Origin: Syncephalis fuscata S228
Lineage: Eukaryota; Fungi; Zoopagomycota
Length of the DNA stretch: 64,000 nucleotides
NCBI GenBank assembly: GCA_025786725.1
Contig: JAHLTZ010000024.1
Location: 62,001 to 126,000, forward strand
Direction of reading: 5' to 3'
Shown: piece after piece, positions 27,445 through 39,932 of the stretch
How the letters are laid out: every line of letters begins with the position of its first letter
Position numbering within the stretch: the stretch's first letter is position 1
Position numbers and translations under genes: made by a program
Notes under the pieces: generated by a model
The model's input: the letters and a program-made list of their open reading frames with translations, nothing else
What the model was told of the DNA's origin: nothing
The model's database searches: none

Positions 27445-28364
27445 TTATGGCTCAGCATCCTTGGTAAACGATGCAGCTCCCAATCGACTCGAGAATGTTG
27501 TACCTTTATTTCTAATAGTAGCAATAATAATAATATATTAATTAATGATTATCATTATATTATATTGATCTATTTACCTTGGTAAACGTTTATTACGATG
27601 ATATTGTAATTGCTGTGAAGCAGGTGACATTAATTTGTCGGATGGACTTGATACCGCACTTTATTCAATCATTAATTAATTAATTAATGGTATTTAATAC
27701 TGGAATTAAACTTACTTTGCTCGATGTACAGCTTGTAACTTTAACAATGGATTCTTTAATGATGGTCTTCTCGGCAGTGCAGTAATGGTTATTCTATCAC
27801 TGCTACTACCATTGCCACTACTATCATCTTCATCTTCGCTCTCTTTATTATTCTCGGTATCGACTAGTTCCATGGATGGCATTTCATCGATAGTGGCTAC
27901 ATCATCAGACATGCCCATATCCATATCATCTACTGGTGTATCGATATAGGCCATTGAACTATCTGGATCATCTTGGGCACTTGTTCAAATTGCTGTAGTA
28001 AATTAATACCTTTAGCTCTAAACAATGAATCGATTAGTGACGGAAGTCGGAGATTAGTGCCACTCCTTTCTCTAATCACTCTCTCCTCCTCCTCCTGCTT
28101 ACTTCATAAGACTGCGTTGTCGTTGAGCGGCAAGTTGTTTGGTAGCAGGTGACATAATATTGTCGGAAGGACTTGAGAAACCGCTATTTCATTAGTGTTG
28201 TAAAGTATAGTTAGTAAAAAGCGATCTCTTTAATATAATATATATATACTTTGGTTGAGTAGTAGCGCGTAATTTCATTAACGGATTCTTTAACGGTTGC
28301 GCGGTGGCAACTGTGTAAACGTAGGTTGTTCTCCTCCGTTAGGTGCGGCTGTAGAGTCAGACAT
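27445..28364 (-). CDS. Spo12-family-motif protein with two tandem repeats (4 introns; apparent 1-bp deletions near 28300 and 27981)
   Basis: Repeat 1: LKNPLMKL...|GFSSPSDNIMSPATKQL. Repeat 2: LKNPLLKL...|AVSSPSDKLMSPASQQL. Both resemble the Spo12 SP-x-D-x-x-MSP-x-(S/T)-x-x-L motif. Confidence 0.72.
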
Positions 28365-28646
28365 TGTGTTAAATATTAAAGAATGAGTTGCTTAATTCAA
28401 TAGTTGAACAGTTAGTAATAAAATATGTCGTGTTTGTGTAAAGAAACGAAACTAAAGGGAAAAAGGGAAAATAATTGATAAATCGCGTCATTCTTAATAA
28501 ATAACCAGTAAATTCTTAACATTACTATTGACACTACATTATTATAAGCATTACTATTATTATTATTTGATTACTTTACTTTCGTGATGGGTGGAATAAG
28601 AAAGCATAGGAAAAGGGACATGTATATAGACACAAACAAATACAAT

Positions 28647-30016
28647 CTATAGTAGATGCTTGCGAATAAACGACGACACTTGATCAAATACCACGAGTAG
28701 AATGCCGCCACCAGGACCGAGACGGAGTACTTTGGGAGCAAATCCTTTATAAAGTGCACTGAATCCTTCTTCTTTAGCGATAACAGCAAGTGAAGGGAAT
28801 GACCAACCGTATTTGGTTGGCTGACCGGGCAATTGACCTTGTACACGTGTCTTGATAACATCAAATGGTGTGTTTAACATGGTACCTACTGTGCCACCAA
28901 TAGCACCAGCGACAAAATTACGGAAGAGTACACCTTCCTTGGTCTAGTCATCATATACATTATTATTATTATTATTATAGTGTTTATAAATAAATTACTT
29001 GCCTGGGCTTCAGGTAGAGCACTGCGTACACCGTGGATAACACCAAAGTAGCCACCACTCCAAATGGCATGACGCCACAAACATGATTCCAATCCTTTAA
29101 AGAATGCCGATGCACCTGGATTGCATACCATTTATAGTCATGATTATTATATGTCGTCTAATACTGCTATTCAATATTACCTTCTTCGGCGTAAATCTTT
29201 TTAACTGCATCCATTGTACCTGTATATTTGCCGGCCTTTATATGCATTCATTATTAGCGATAGATCATCTAGCTATTCTATATGTTTTACATTGTTCTTA
29301 TCTTGTAGTCGGATCTTCACCAGTTCAAATGACACTACAAGGAATGCTTCAGTAGCACCGGCACTCATACCAGTCAGAATAGATAGAGGCTGTGTTACTT
29401 TATCCATGCCAAATAGCTCCTTGTACATCTGTGTATATTGTTCGTTGGCTGCAAACTTGACTGCTCTTTTAGGTGCTTCTACAGCAATAGGTGGCAGAAT
29501 ACCACGATACAATGCAGCAGGTCTATTGTATATTATTATCAGTTAATCAAACACTTATACTTGTGCTATATTATAAATATTACCCTTCTTGACGAACAAT
29601 CTTACGAAGACAGTCCATAATCGATGTATAACCATCCTTTCCACCTTTACCGACTTGCAATTGGAAGCGCGTCTTAACCACTAGCAATGGACAAGACAGG
29701 CGGAGGTTCAATTAGATCACTGTTGCGCTCTATTTGTATATAATAGCTACCATCAAGCGGATACATCACAAGGATTTCCGATACACCGGCAATAGCACCG
29801 GCCATAAATTGATAATGGAAAGGCAATGCTATATATAGATAGATATAGATATAATACACAATTTGTTAATATTAAGCTCAACTAAAGATAATACTGTTTA
29901 TAAATAGACAATGTATACTTACGCGCAGAGGGCGATACGGGTGCCTTCTCGGATGAGATAGCAGCAGCCGCTGCCTCAACCGGAGAAGCAGACGCAGTAG
30001 TGGTATTAGCAGCCAT
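28647..30016 (-). CDS. ODC1: Mitochondrial 2-oxodicarboxylate carrier (SLC25A21/Odc1)
   Basis: LPFHYQFMAGAIAGVSEILVMYPLDVVKTR, YRGILPPIAVEAPKRAVKFAANE, RHAIWSGGYFG, YKGFAPKVLRLGPGGGILLVVF. Confidence 0.95.
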
Positions 30017-30860
30017 CGTATTATTAAATCGGTACTATTCAAAAAAACTAAGTGTTGCTGTTACTAATAATAACGAGAATAAAAGAAAAAGCAGTAAATG
30101 CTAGGAGATAAACTACGGTGAACAGCAGTAGGTACACGTAGCAATATTATTCAATAACTAATAAGCAAGGGGCAATAAACGAGATATGCCAGGAGATACT
30201 CGACAGTAGACCAATTCACTTGGTAATATGAAAAAAGCGCGAACCAAACAAGAAGCGGAAAAAGTCAAGGAGAGAGAGAAACAGAGGCGTCCACTTATAC
30301 ACAAATACACACGTTGACTAAACAAGTAGAAGCAAGTCTAAAGCGTACATTCGTGCTGTCGTCACTCATCTCCATAAATTATCGGAGCGCGACGGAACTA
30401 TTCCGAAAACACGTGATGCAGCAACACTGTCTCCATGTTCTTCTAATACAACCAGTAAACAGTATCCATTAATATTCGTTAATGTAAATAATGATATATA
30501 TAGTGTAAATACTGATAATAGGCATAAATAAATGTAATTGTATAATTAATGGTATATGATGGAATAGAATTAAAAGAAAATAGTGTTTTTATTAACTATT
30601 TGTAATATTATTTATTATCAACTTAACTGATTTAATCAAGGCTACTAATAACAAAATAATACTAATAGCTAATGAATATACCAAGCTCTAATAGTTAAAT
30701 GATTCCGTAAAGAATGATATAGACGAGTATTAATTAGCACTAGGCACGAAACTGTACTTGGAAACAAATATTTAATTTTTACGCTTTTAATTATGGTTAA
30801 TTATTATTTTAACTATTATTACTTGTTCTTTAGTGTTTTGCTTTGAATCCAACGCTTATA

Positions 30861-32216
30861 ATGCTTTCTGATCTATTACTACCCTATTTATTCGACGATA
30901 AAAACGATAATGAAGAGGCTAGTAATACTACAAATGATATCACGACTATTCGTCGTCAGTCACCTATAGTAATGACTCGTAAAGAGCGTCGTTTACAGGC
31001 TAAACTCGCTCGACGACGAGACGAGATTCATAGCTCGTTAACGCGTAATACAGGTCTGCCTATTTCCTCCATTCTATCTGATACACCAACCTGTATACTT
31101 TGTCTATTGAATGCTGCTTCAGGTGGTGTTGCTTCAGTAACCCATCAAGAATAGAGGATACACTAGCACCGCTCAATGGATTTGTAGCTGTTCATATGAC
31201 ATTGGGAAAGGTAAATAGCCATTACTAAATACACTACTATCCTACTTAGTTATACTATACTATAGCCATGTTCATTTGCAGCATTTGGTTCTATTGATAA
31301 TGCTGTATCTGCCCGTATTCAACTAGATGGCCGTATCAGCCCATTATTATGTAATGGCAATGGCAAGCTATTGCTAGTTGATTATGCAGTAGAAGACTTT
31401 AATTGGGCCAGTGGATCTACAGAAATGGCCTCTTTAGACAGCACTAATAGTTTAATATTGTCCACGAATGAGATAAAGGCTGCCACGATTAATATACCAC
31501 AAGTACCGGGTCTAGTTCTAGTAACAGAATACATCACAATGGAGGAAGAAAAGCAGCTGTTAGAAGAATTTACTTATGATAGCCATACGATGACCGATCA
31601 ATGGGATCGGGTCCAAGATCGATTTGTAGTAAGTAGTTATAGTAATTCATAATGATTAATTAATTAATATAAATATTAGCAACATTATGGTCATATATTC
31701 GACTATACTACTAATCGTGTACAAGATGCACAACATCCCATTCCTAAAAGTATAGAACAGTTACTTGACCGTCTACCGGATTACTGGCCACGACCTGATC
31801 AGCTTACTGTATCTAATTATCCGTCTGGAGCAGGCATTCCGCCTCATGTTGACTCACACCAAGCATTTGATGATACAGTCTATTCATTTAGTCTAGGTCA
31901 TCCAATTATGATGGAACTGCGACCAGCCATAGATGTCAAATCAACAACAACAACAACATTGGCAGTAGATCGACCTACATTTGTTGTCGATTTGCCACCA
32001 CGATCTTTGTTAGTGATGCGTAATGATGCACGATATTTATGGGAACATAGTATTCGGGCACGTCATTCAGATTTAATGCCTAATGGACAACTTCGTGCTC
32101 GCCAGTTACGAGTCTCGTTTACGATGCGTCCTATTAATCGACGTGGTCGGTGTCAGTGTCCATGGCCTGATATTTGTCAACTACGCAATAAAGGATTGCC
32201 GGCACGTGATGAATAA
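30861..32216 (+). CDS. ALKBH8: ALKBH8-type RRM + AlkB 2OG-Fe(II) dioxygenase + Cys cluster, with no methyltransferase domain (apparent 1-bp deletion near 31151)
   Basis: RRM-like GKPCSFAAF; PGLVLVTEYITMEEE; QHYG; PDQLTVSNYPSGAGIPPHVDSH; LPPRSLLVMRNDARYLWEHSI; RVSFTMR; CQCPWPDIC. Confidence 0.88.
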
Positions 32217-32250
32217 ATAATAAATAAATATTTTCCTTCTTTTTATTGCC

Positions 32251-33545
32251 ATGTCGGAATCGTTAACGAAAGTGTACCACCAATTATATATTGGCGAGTA
32301 AGTAGACGTGCTATACTAATGACTATAGCCACGACTTATATTAGACTGTGTTTAATAGCTATAATTCGGCACAGGATAGTAGTGGATTGAACAAGGCGGG
32401 TATTACTCATGTCATTCGTTGTCTAGTTGATGCCAATGAAGAGAAATGTCTTGATGGCGTAGGTATAAGAAGTAATACAGTATTACAAGAACTAATAAAC
32501 GAGTAATAGATTGCGTATTTAAACATTGAAGTGCAAGATTTAGAACAAGATAATCTATTACAGCATTTTAATACAGCGTGTACGTTTATTCAAGATGCTT
32601 TAGAGGGTGGACAAGGGGTACTTGTCCACTGGTAAGTAGATACCTGTGGTGGTTAAAGAATTAGTAGCACTAATATTTATATGATGACCATATATAGCCA
32701 GGCAGGTGTCTCGCGTAGTGCTGCCGTTGTTATAGCGTATATTATGAAGATGGAGCAAATGTCGTATGAACAAGCACTTGTTTATGTACAAGCTACTCGG
32801 TCATGTATTTTGTATGTAATGTAGTGCTATGAATAGTATAAATCCATTTGCTAATTATTTGCTAGGCCTAATAATGGATTCCGCGATCAATGCAAGCTAT
32901 TTGCTGAAATGAACTACACAGTTGATAAAGATCATGTTATTTATCGTCGATTTGTTAATCAATCAGGAACAGGTAAACAAATAAGAAATAGAAATAGAAA
33001 TTGGTTATAAAAATTAATTAAATTATTAGAAAATATACAACTTGTAAAAGATCCATTATTAGCCGATACATCAACTACTCAATCTACCAATACAACAGAA
33101 CAAAAAGGTTTATCTATTCGTTGCCGTAAATGTCGGTAAGTGTTACTATTTATTATTATTATTATTATGAATTACTTGATTAATTACTATTTATTTAATT
33201 CTATTTATTTATTTTATATTTATTAGACGACCACTACTTACTAATGAACACCTAATACCACATACACCTGGTACTGGACAGTCGGCCTTTTCTCCTCATC
33301 GTCGTAATCAACAATATCGTAGTCAAATGGCTGCTCCACCCGCATGCTCTTCCCACTTTATCGAACCTATGGAATGGATCGATGGCATTACCGATGGCTC
33401 TCACGAAGGCAAGATTCAATGTCCAAAATGTCTGGCAAAACTTGGCCAGTATAATTGGTCCGGTGCCCAGTGTTCCTGCGGTGCCTGGATTACCCCAGCT
33501 ATTGCGTTACATAGAAATCGCGTCGATGCCATTCCGTTAATGTAG
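32251..33545 (+). CDS. YVH1: Dual-specificity phosphatase Yvh1/DUSP12 with C-terminal Zn-binding domain
   Basis: VLVHCQAGVSRSA across a splice junction; PNNGF; RCRKCRR; CSSHFIEPMEW...GKIQCPKCLAKLGQYNWSGAQCSCGAWITPA. Confidence 0.94.
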
Positions 33546-33913
33546 AGTAATAGTATGAGCAGTGGTTGAATTCAATAAATCGAGTATGACGTGTGTCATG
33601 GGATCATTAAATGTCAGTTGATTGGATCTTGACCAGTATCAAGGGCACTCCACCGCACCCCTATTTTTGTGAGTGTCGTCATCAGCCACTCCCCACCTCA
33701 CTCGTCAATTCTCTTTTCTTTCTGTTCGCTTGTTGTACTCACTCCACTCACTCTTTCATCTCGTACTCTTTTGCTCGTTCGCTGACTCTTACTCCACTGC
33801 TTGTCCATCATCGACTGTTCCCTTGTCAACGCTTGTTGTAAAAGCCTTTCTACGCCGCTATTACACATCTTGTCTCGTCCTTTTTCCTGTGACATCTCTT
33901 TTGATCCTTCATC

Positions 33914-34633
33914 ATGACCGACTACTGCCCCGTATATGCTCCTTTCTTTGGTGCCATGGGCTGCACAGCAGCCATCGTATTTAGCTGTAAGTATGGCCCT
34001 GTTTGTTGATGGCATTATTTGTGGTCGAGAAACAGGTCTACGTTTAAGATCGTAAATGTGCATATATTGACGCAATCATTTGCTATATATAGGCTTCGGT
34101 GCTGCCTACGGTACTGCAAAGTCTGGTGTTGGTCTATCGGCCATGGGTGTGCTACGACCAGATCTTATGATGAAGGCAATTGTGCCAGTCGTCATGGCGG
34201 GTATTATTGGTATTTACGGTCTCGTGGTCTCGGTACTTATCAGTGACGGACGTAAGTAGTTGCCTATATGCTCTGCAATGTAAACAATACTAATAATCAA
34301 TGCCGATTAAACGCGTAATAGTTAAAATGAAAATGGCACTGTACACGTAAGTACCCATAAATGCACACGTCTATCCGCACGTTACTAACTCGTCTTTTTT
34401 CTAGCGGTTTCATCCAGTTGGGTGCCGGTTTAGCAGTCGGTCTAAGTGGCTTGGCCGCTGGCTTTGCCATTGGTATTGTGGGTGATGCTGGTGTACGCGC
34501 GACAGCACAGCAACCACGCCTCTTTGTCGGCATGATTCTTATTCTCATTTTTGCCGAAGTACTCGGTTTGTACGGTCTCATTGTTGGTCTTATTCTTAAT
34601 ACTAAGGCCACCGGTGGTGACGTACAATGCTAA
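33914..34633 (+). CDS. VMA3: V-ATPase V0 proteolipid subunit c
   Basis: [81 protein letters not shown]. Confidence 0.97.
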
Positions 34634-34949
34634 ATTACACTATCATCAATATTCTCTTTGAGACAACAAGATCGTCTTGCAAAACGGCACACGATGAATG
34701 CTCTTTTGAACATATAAATATATGTGTTTGCGTGTATGTTGGACTGTATGTCATCGTTTTGCCAGTTTTTTGTTTTGTTTAATGGAGTGTTTAATTGCAT
34801 ATACAGTGTATTTATACCGGTGTTAATGTAGATGTGCTTTACTATTTTGCTTGTACTAGAATAAGAAAACAAGATAATACTGCAAGCCAGTTTTATTTTA
34901 TTTTATTGGCGCTATTTTTTGATTAATTGACGGTGTATCAATCCTTATT

Positions 34950-37900
34950 TTATTGCTGTTGATCGGATGATGGCAGTTCAGGCACTGCTTGCGATTCAAG
35001 TACAGTAGCCATTAGGTAGTTAAGACGTTTTAGCATGGAGCGAGGATCATCGAGTGATCCTGCAGCAATTTGAGCATTGGCTACAATCTATAATAGATAC
35101 TATTAGCATATGAATAGTAGTAGAATAAATGTTGTATGAATAGTTACCTGTTCAGCCACTTCTTTGGCCAGTTCTGGTCGTTCATTTCGAGCATGATATA
35201 GGCCGCAAATTACGGGATGACTTGGATTAATCTCAAGATTAATAGGATTTTGAGGCAACATCATGTCTTTATTGGAACTGGATATCATTTGCATCATACC
35301 TAGAATAGATTAATCAATGTAAATAATGCTATTAATAAATAATACTAGATGTTACTTACGGCGCATTGTTGGTGATTCTGGATCAACTACAATTGCTGGA
35401 TGTGATACTAATCGTTTACTGGCCTAATTGTAATAATATTAGTTGTTTTAATTGCATTATTTAGTCAATCAATCGACTTACTTTAACAGATCGTACACTG
35501 CTGCCCAATTGACTTAACATCCAGTCGGCCAAGGCTTTTGCTTGTTCATCAGTCAATTCATTTTCCGTTGCTTTTGTCGTCTCTGTAGACAATGCATTGG
35601 ATGCTTCTTCCGAATCAATGCTAATTAAACGTTTATCGCCGAATTGGCCCAAATTATGCATAACAAACTCGTCGACTGAATCATACAAATAGAGAATCTA
35701 TATCATTATTGCATGTTAGTATTGGTATTATTAATTCAATAAAATGTACAATTATTATTGCTTACTTCAATATTTTGTTGCTTGAATCGCTCACTATACG
35801 GACTTTCCTCGCCAAACTCACGGCTAGGCGTGCACAGATAGTAGATGGCCTTTTGCTCGCTAGGCATACGGCTCACGTATTCTTTAAACGAAGTAACTTG
35901 TCCTTTGTCCAAACCTGATGATTCAAATCGAAGTAGTTTACCAATGGCATTCTAATGCATTGTATTTGTTATAAATAAATAGCCATTGAATAACACGTTA
36001 ATATCTACTTACCTTGTGTGCCGAATCAGTACAGACGCCTTCTTTAAGGAAAACACCAAAGTCACGAGAAAAGTTGTTATACTTTTCTGGATCACGACGC
36101 GATTCTTCTTCAAGCCATTTACAAATACGCTGAGTCATTAGATTACGAAGACGCATAATCAATGCACTGTCCTGTAACATTTCACGAGATAAATTCAATG
36201 GAATATCCTCGGAATCAATAACACCTAAAACAATAGAGTTAACAATGATAGTCCAATACAACTACCGCTACTTGCCTTTAATGAAACGTAGCCAAGCTGG
36301 CAATAAAGCGGTAGATTTGGACTGAATTAGCACTTTACGCGAGTAAAGACTGACACCTGGATCCATACGCTCCATGCCAAACTGTTCAGCGTGATTCTCT
36401 GGCACGTAAAGCAAGCTATTGATGCTCAATGGTGCATCAGTCTTGTAGTGAAGACGGAAACGTGGTCTGTCCCAAGCCTATTGTTTAATACGGATTGTAT
36501 TATTAATTGTATTCATTTATGTATTTAGATTGTTACCGAAGCAATAAATCGATAGAATTCCGTGTGTTGTTCGTCTGAAATACTGTTTTTATCCTAATAC
36601 AATGATTAATATTATTATCTAATAGTGCTATGCTGTGTATACTTACCATAGCCCATAATGCTTCAACTGTATTGATTTTTTTGCCATTTAAATAAATAGG
36701 GAAACCCACAAAATTGCTGTATTTAAAGACAATACCTAATTTAATTTAATTTAATTAATTAATTGTCCATTATTGTCATCATCATTATTATTATTACTTA
36801 CTCTCTACTTTGGCACGATCTGCAAATTCTAAACACTGATCGCGTAAATCAATAACAATCTTGGTGCCTACATCGACATTGTCGGCTTCAGCAATCGTGT
36901 AGGCGCCCAATCTAGTTGATAGTACAGCATATAAGTTATTATGGCCATCAATTGTTCCATTAATTAACTAGTACTTACCCATCCGAGGTCCAGCAGTAAC
37001 CTTTGGCATCTGGCTCGGCTGAACGTGTATAAACACGTACTTTGTCACCCACCATAAATGATGAATAGAAGCCAACACCAAACTGTCCAATAATCTTCTC
37101 TCGTGCATCTGCATTGCCATTGCCATTGTTATCCAGTTGCTCAATAAACGACTTTGAGCCAGAACGAGCAATAGTGCCCAAGTGCTATAATAACATGAAT
37201 TAATAAACAGTTTATTGAATTACCACCAATTACTTACATCATTCAATTCTTGCTCAGTCATGCCAATACCCGTGTCCTGTAAAAAAAAATGATATTATAA
37301 ATAGTTTGTATTATAAGATTTATATACGCTTGTCTGTATATTTACCTGGATAGTAAATGTTTTGGCCTCGGTATCGACAAACAAACGAATTTCCAAGGGC
37401 GTATCGGCAGCTGCTTCGCTCGTTTGACCGGACATACGTGTGTAGCGCAACTTTTCAAGTGCATCTGTAGCATTTGAAACAAGCTCACGTACAAAAACTT
37501 CTTTTTCCGAATATAATGAATTGGCAACAATATGGAGTAGCTTTTGTGTCTCTGTTTTAAACGTATGTGGTTTGGCATCACCTAATTCATGCCATGTATT
37601 AGTATTGCTGCTATTAATATATAATTATTAAAGCTTACCAATGACCTTTCCTTGTTATCTGCCTTGACATCTACTTCATCGGATGCCTCGTCGTTTAGTT
37701 CTTGCTCCTCGTTTACATTTGATGCTGCTGCTTCTGGTTTCTTTTGCTCTGCCTTTTGATTTGTTAGTAAAATAGATTTGACAATACAGCGTACTTACTG
37801 TCTCTGCCGAATAGTAGCGCATGCCAATAGTTTGGCTGCTGTTTGACGTGCTAGCTGCAAGTAATCGGCGTCTAGCCTATATAATGTCAGATTAGTAAAT

Positions 37901-38022
37901 AAAATACGCGAGATTCACCAATATTCCTACCGCTACTGATGATATAGACCGAACAACGCCTGAATTCAACGTCAAGCGCGAGCTTAGACGCAATAATGGC
38001 GCAAAAGAACGACTGCCTGCAT
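34950..38022 (-). CDS. TRAP1: Mitochondrial Hsp90 TRAP1/Hsp75 (multi-exon; apparent 1-bp deletions near 38014 and 37656)
   Basis: Arg/Ser-rich presequence; [26 protein letters not shown]; GTIARSGSK; [15 protein letters not shown]; [18 protein letters not shown]; [10 protein letters not shown]; no C-terminal MEEVD or KDEL. Confidence 0.94.
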
Positions 38023-38196
38023 GATAATAATAGCAATAAGACTTGGATTCCAGTAAGGATACGAAAGAACAAGTTAAAATTGGCTAACTGGATGGTTCAA
38101 AATATTTCTTTTTTAAAGTAAATTAATATTTGATTTAATTTGGTTTTGTTCAAGTATCATTCAACATGCTTACTATGTGCCTCTTTTATTTGGATA

Positions 38197-38702
38197 GACC
38201 GATGCAAACCCCCATTGTAACTTTCGGCATACTATTTGCTCTATACGCTACTTTATAGCTATTAACCTTTGTTAAATACTGCTAAATCTACAATATATTT
38301 TGTTACATATCATTTTGAATTCTAGAATCGACGAGTGCAAATCTATTAAGTTGTTTTTACAATAGCAGACTAGAGCTTACGTTAATTAGTTTAGGCACCA
38401 GAAAGCATGCTTATTGATGCACAAAAAGGCATATGTACATCGATACTTTCCGATAATCATCTGCCACAAATCATCTGTTATTTCTAAAAGCCAATGCATG
38501 TCACCATTGTGACATCCAGCATACTTGCTGGTACACAACAGATCATACATACATTGATTTCCCAAATAAAGCCATTCGTCAAAGATTGTGTCACCTGCAT
38601 TTAAACAAATCGACGCTAGTCCCGTGTAGCTTTCGACATACTTTACTCTGGTTTTGCTTTATAGCTATCAAATTTGCTAAATACTGCAACATCTACAGTA
38701 TA
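38197..38702. repeat. Diverged direct repeat of about 100 bp (about 38197-38297 and 38608-38702)
   Basis: ctttcggcatact...ctttatagctattaacctttgttaaatactgctaaatctacaatata aligns by eye with ctttcgacatact...ttttatagctatcaaatttgctaaatactgcaacatctacagtata. Confidence 0.7.
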
Positions 38703-39255
38703 CGTGTTTATGCTGTTACTAGCAAAGCAAGCATATGTAAATAGTACACATAAGTGATAAATCATATCTTAATTATTTACAATTTCGTTACTATACTAAC
38801 AACTACATTTATTCATTCACGTGTACAGCTAGCCAAGTACATCTGGTGTTCGCCTGAATAGTCAGCTACATATAATGCTCATCTGGACATTATCTTCCTT
38901 GTATTCTATTCCCTTCCTTTTAATATTATTATGTATTGAGCCATTTTATTGACCAAGAAACAAATCATTATCTTACTTTCGCTCTAGTTCAATTGCTGTT
39001 TATTTTCTTTTTAATTAAAACCACATTATCAGTTGTTTACTGTTCAACTGGCTCGATACTTTTTGTAACAAAGTGTTTCACGTATCATTATCTAGCACAG
39101 CTCTTCCATCCTGCTTGATTATACGCAATTTGTAAGTGTTATTAGCACAAGGTAACCAACACTATACCTGACTACAACACTACAAATTGTTTACTGTATT
39201 TGCTTATTATTTCTAGATTACTAAAATTGTAACAAGACGTCATCTTAATAACATC

Positions 39256-39662
39256 ATAAAGACTTATATTGCCTTTTCTGTCTGTGTCCTTGCCCTTGCC
39301 CTCATAGCCGATGTTGCTATGGCCGGTGCAAATCCAACCCGACTTCGTCGTTCAGTTAAAGTGCGCCGAGATCCGCGACCAGACGGAAATCAGAATGTAG
39401 ATATGGGAAATATGGTTGGCACCATTTCGAGTGATGCAGGTACAGGCAACATAAACCAAGATGTCGACTATAATAGCGACGCAGATAAATACAGCAACAT
39501 ATCTAATCTAAATGGAAGTGGCATGGATCAGTTAGTTTCGGTTGGAAACAATCGATGAGCACAAACTCAAGATAATAACGTGGATGATATCCAAATCACA
39601 TTCCTAGCGACGGTGGAGTTTCAAACAATGCATCTACTGTCGCAAATAGTAGCGCTAATTAA
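39256..39662 (+). pseudogene. Probable pseudogene of a small secreted N/D/G-rich precursor with dibasic processing sites
   Basis: ATA at the expected start of a signal peptide (xKTYIAFSVCVLALALIADVAMA), RLRRSVKVRR pro-region, in-frame TGA at 39556, frameshift near 39598; 5'UTR-type intron 39132-39216. Confidence 0.55.
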
Positions 39663-39932
39663 ATAAACAATGATGTCAATGCAGTGCCACAATTTAAATA
39701 ATAGTAATATGCTTTAAATGTTTTATTAGCAATTCATTGCTACTGGTATTGTTGTCTATAAATCATATTGTTACAATTAATCTTCAGCTATTCAACTGTT
39801 TAGCAATCTATAATAAATTGTTTAATATTTTGTGTTTATTTTAACAAATTGTATTAATTATTTATTCATGCTTTACTTATGCTACATTTAATTTTAATAA
39901 ACTATCCATTATTCTTATTAGATTTATCCGTC

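Noticed and set aside
38054-38062. GTATCCTTA on the minus strand upstream of TRAP1, resembling a U12 donor
   Set aside because: About 35 nt upstream of the inferred ATG, with no matching branch point or acceptor before it.
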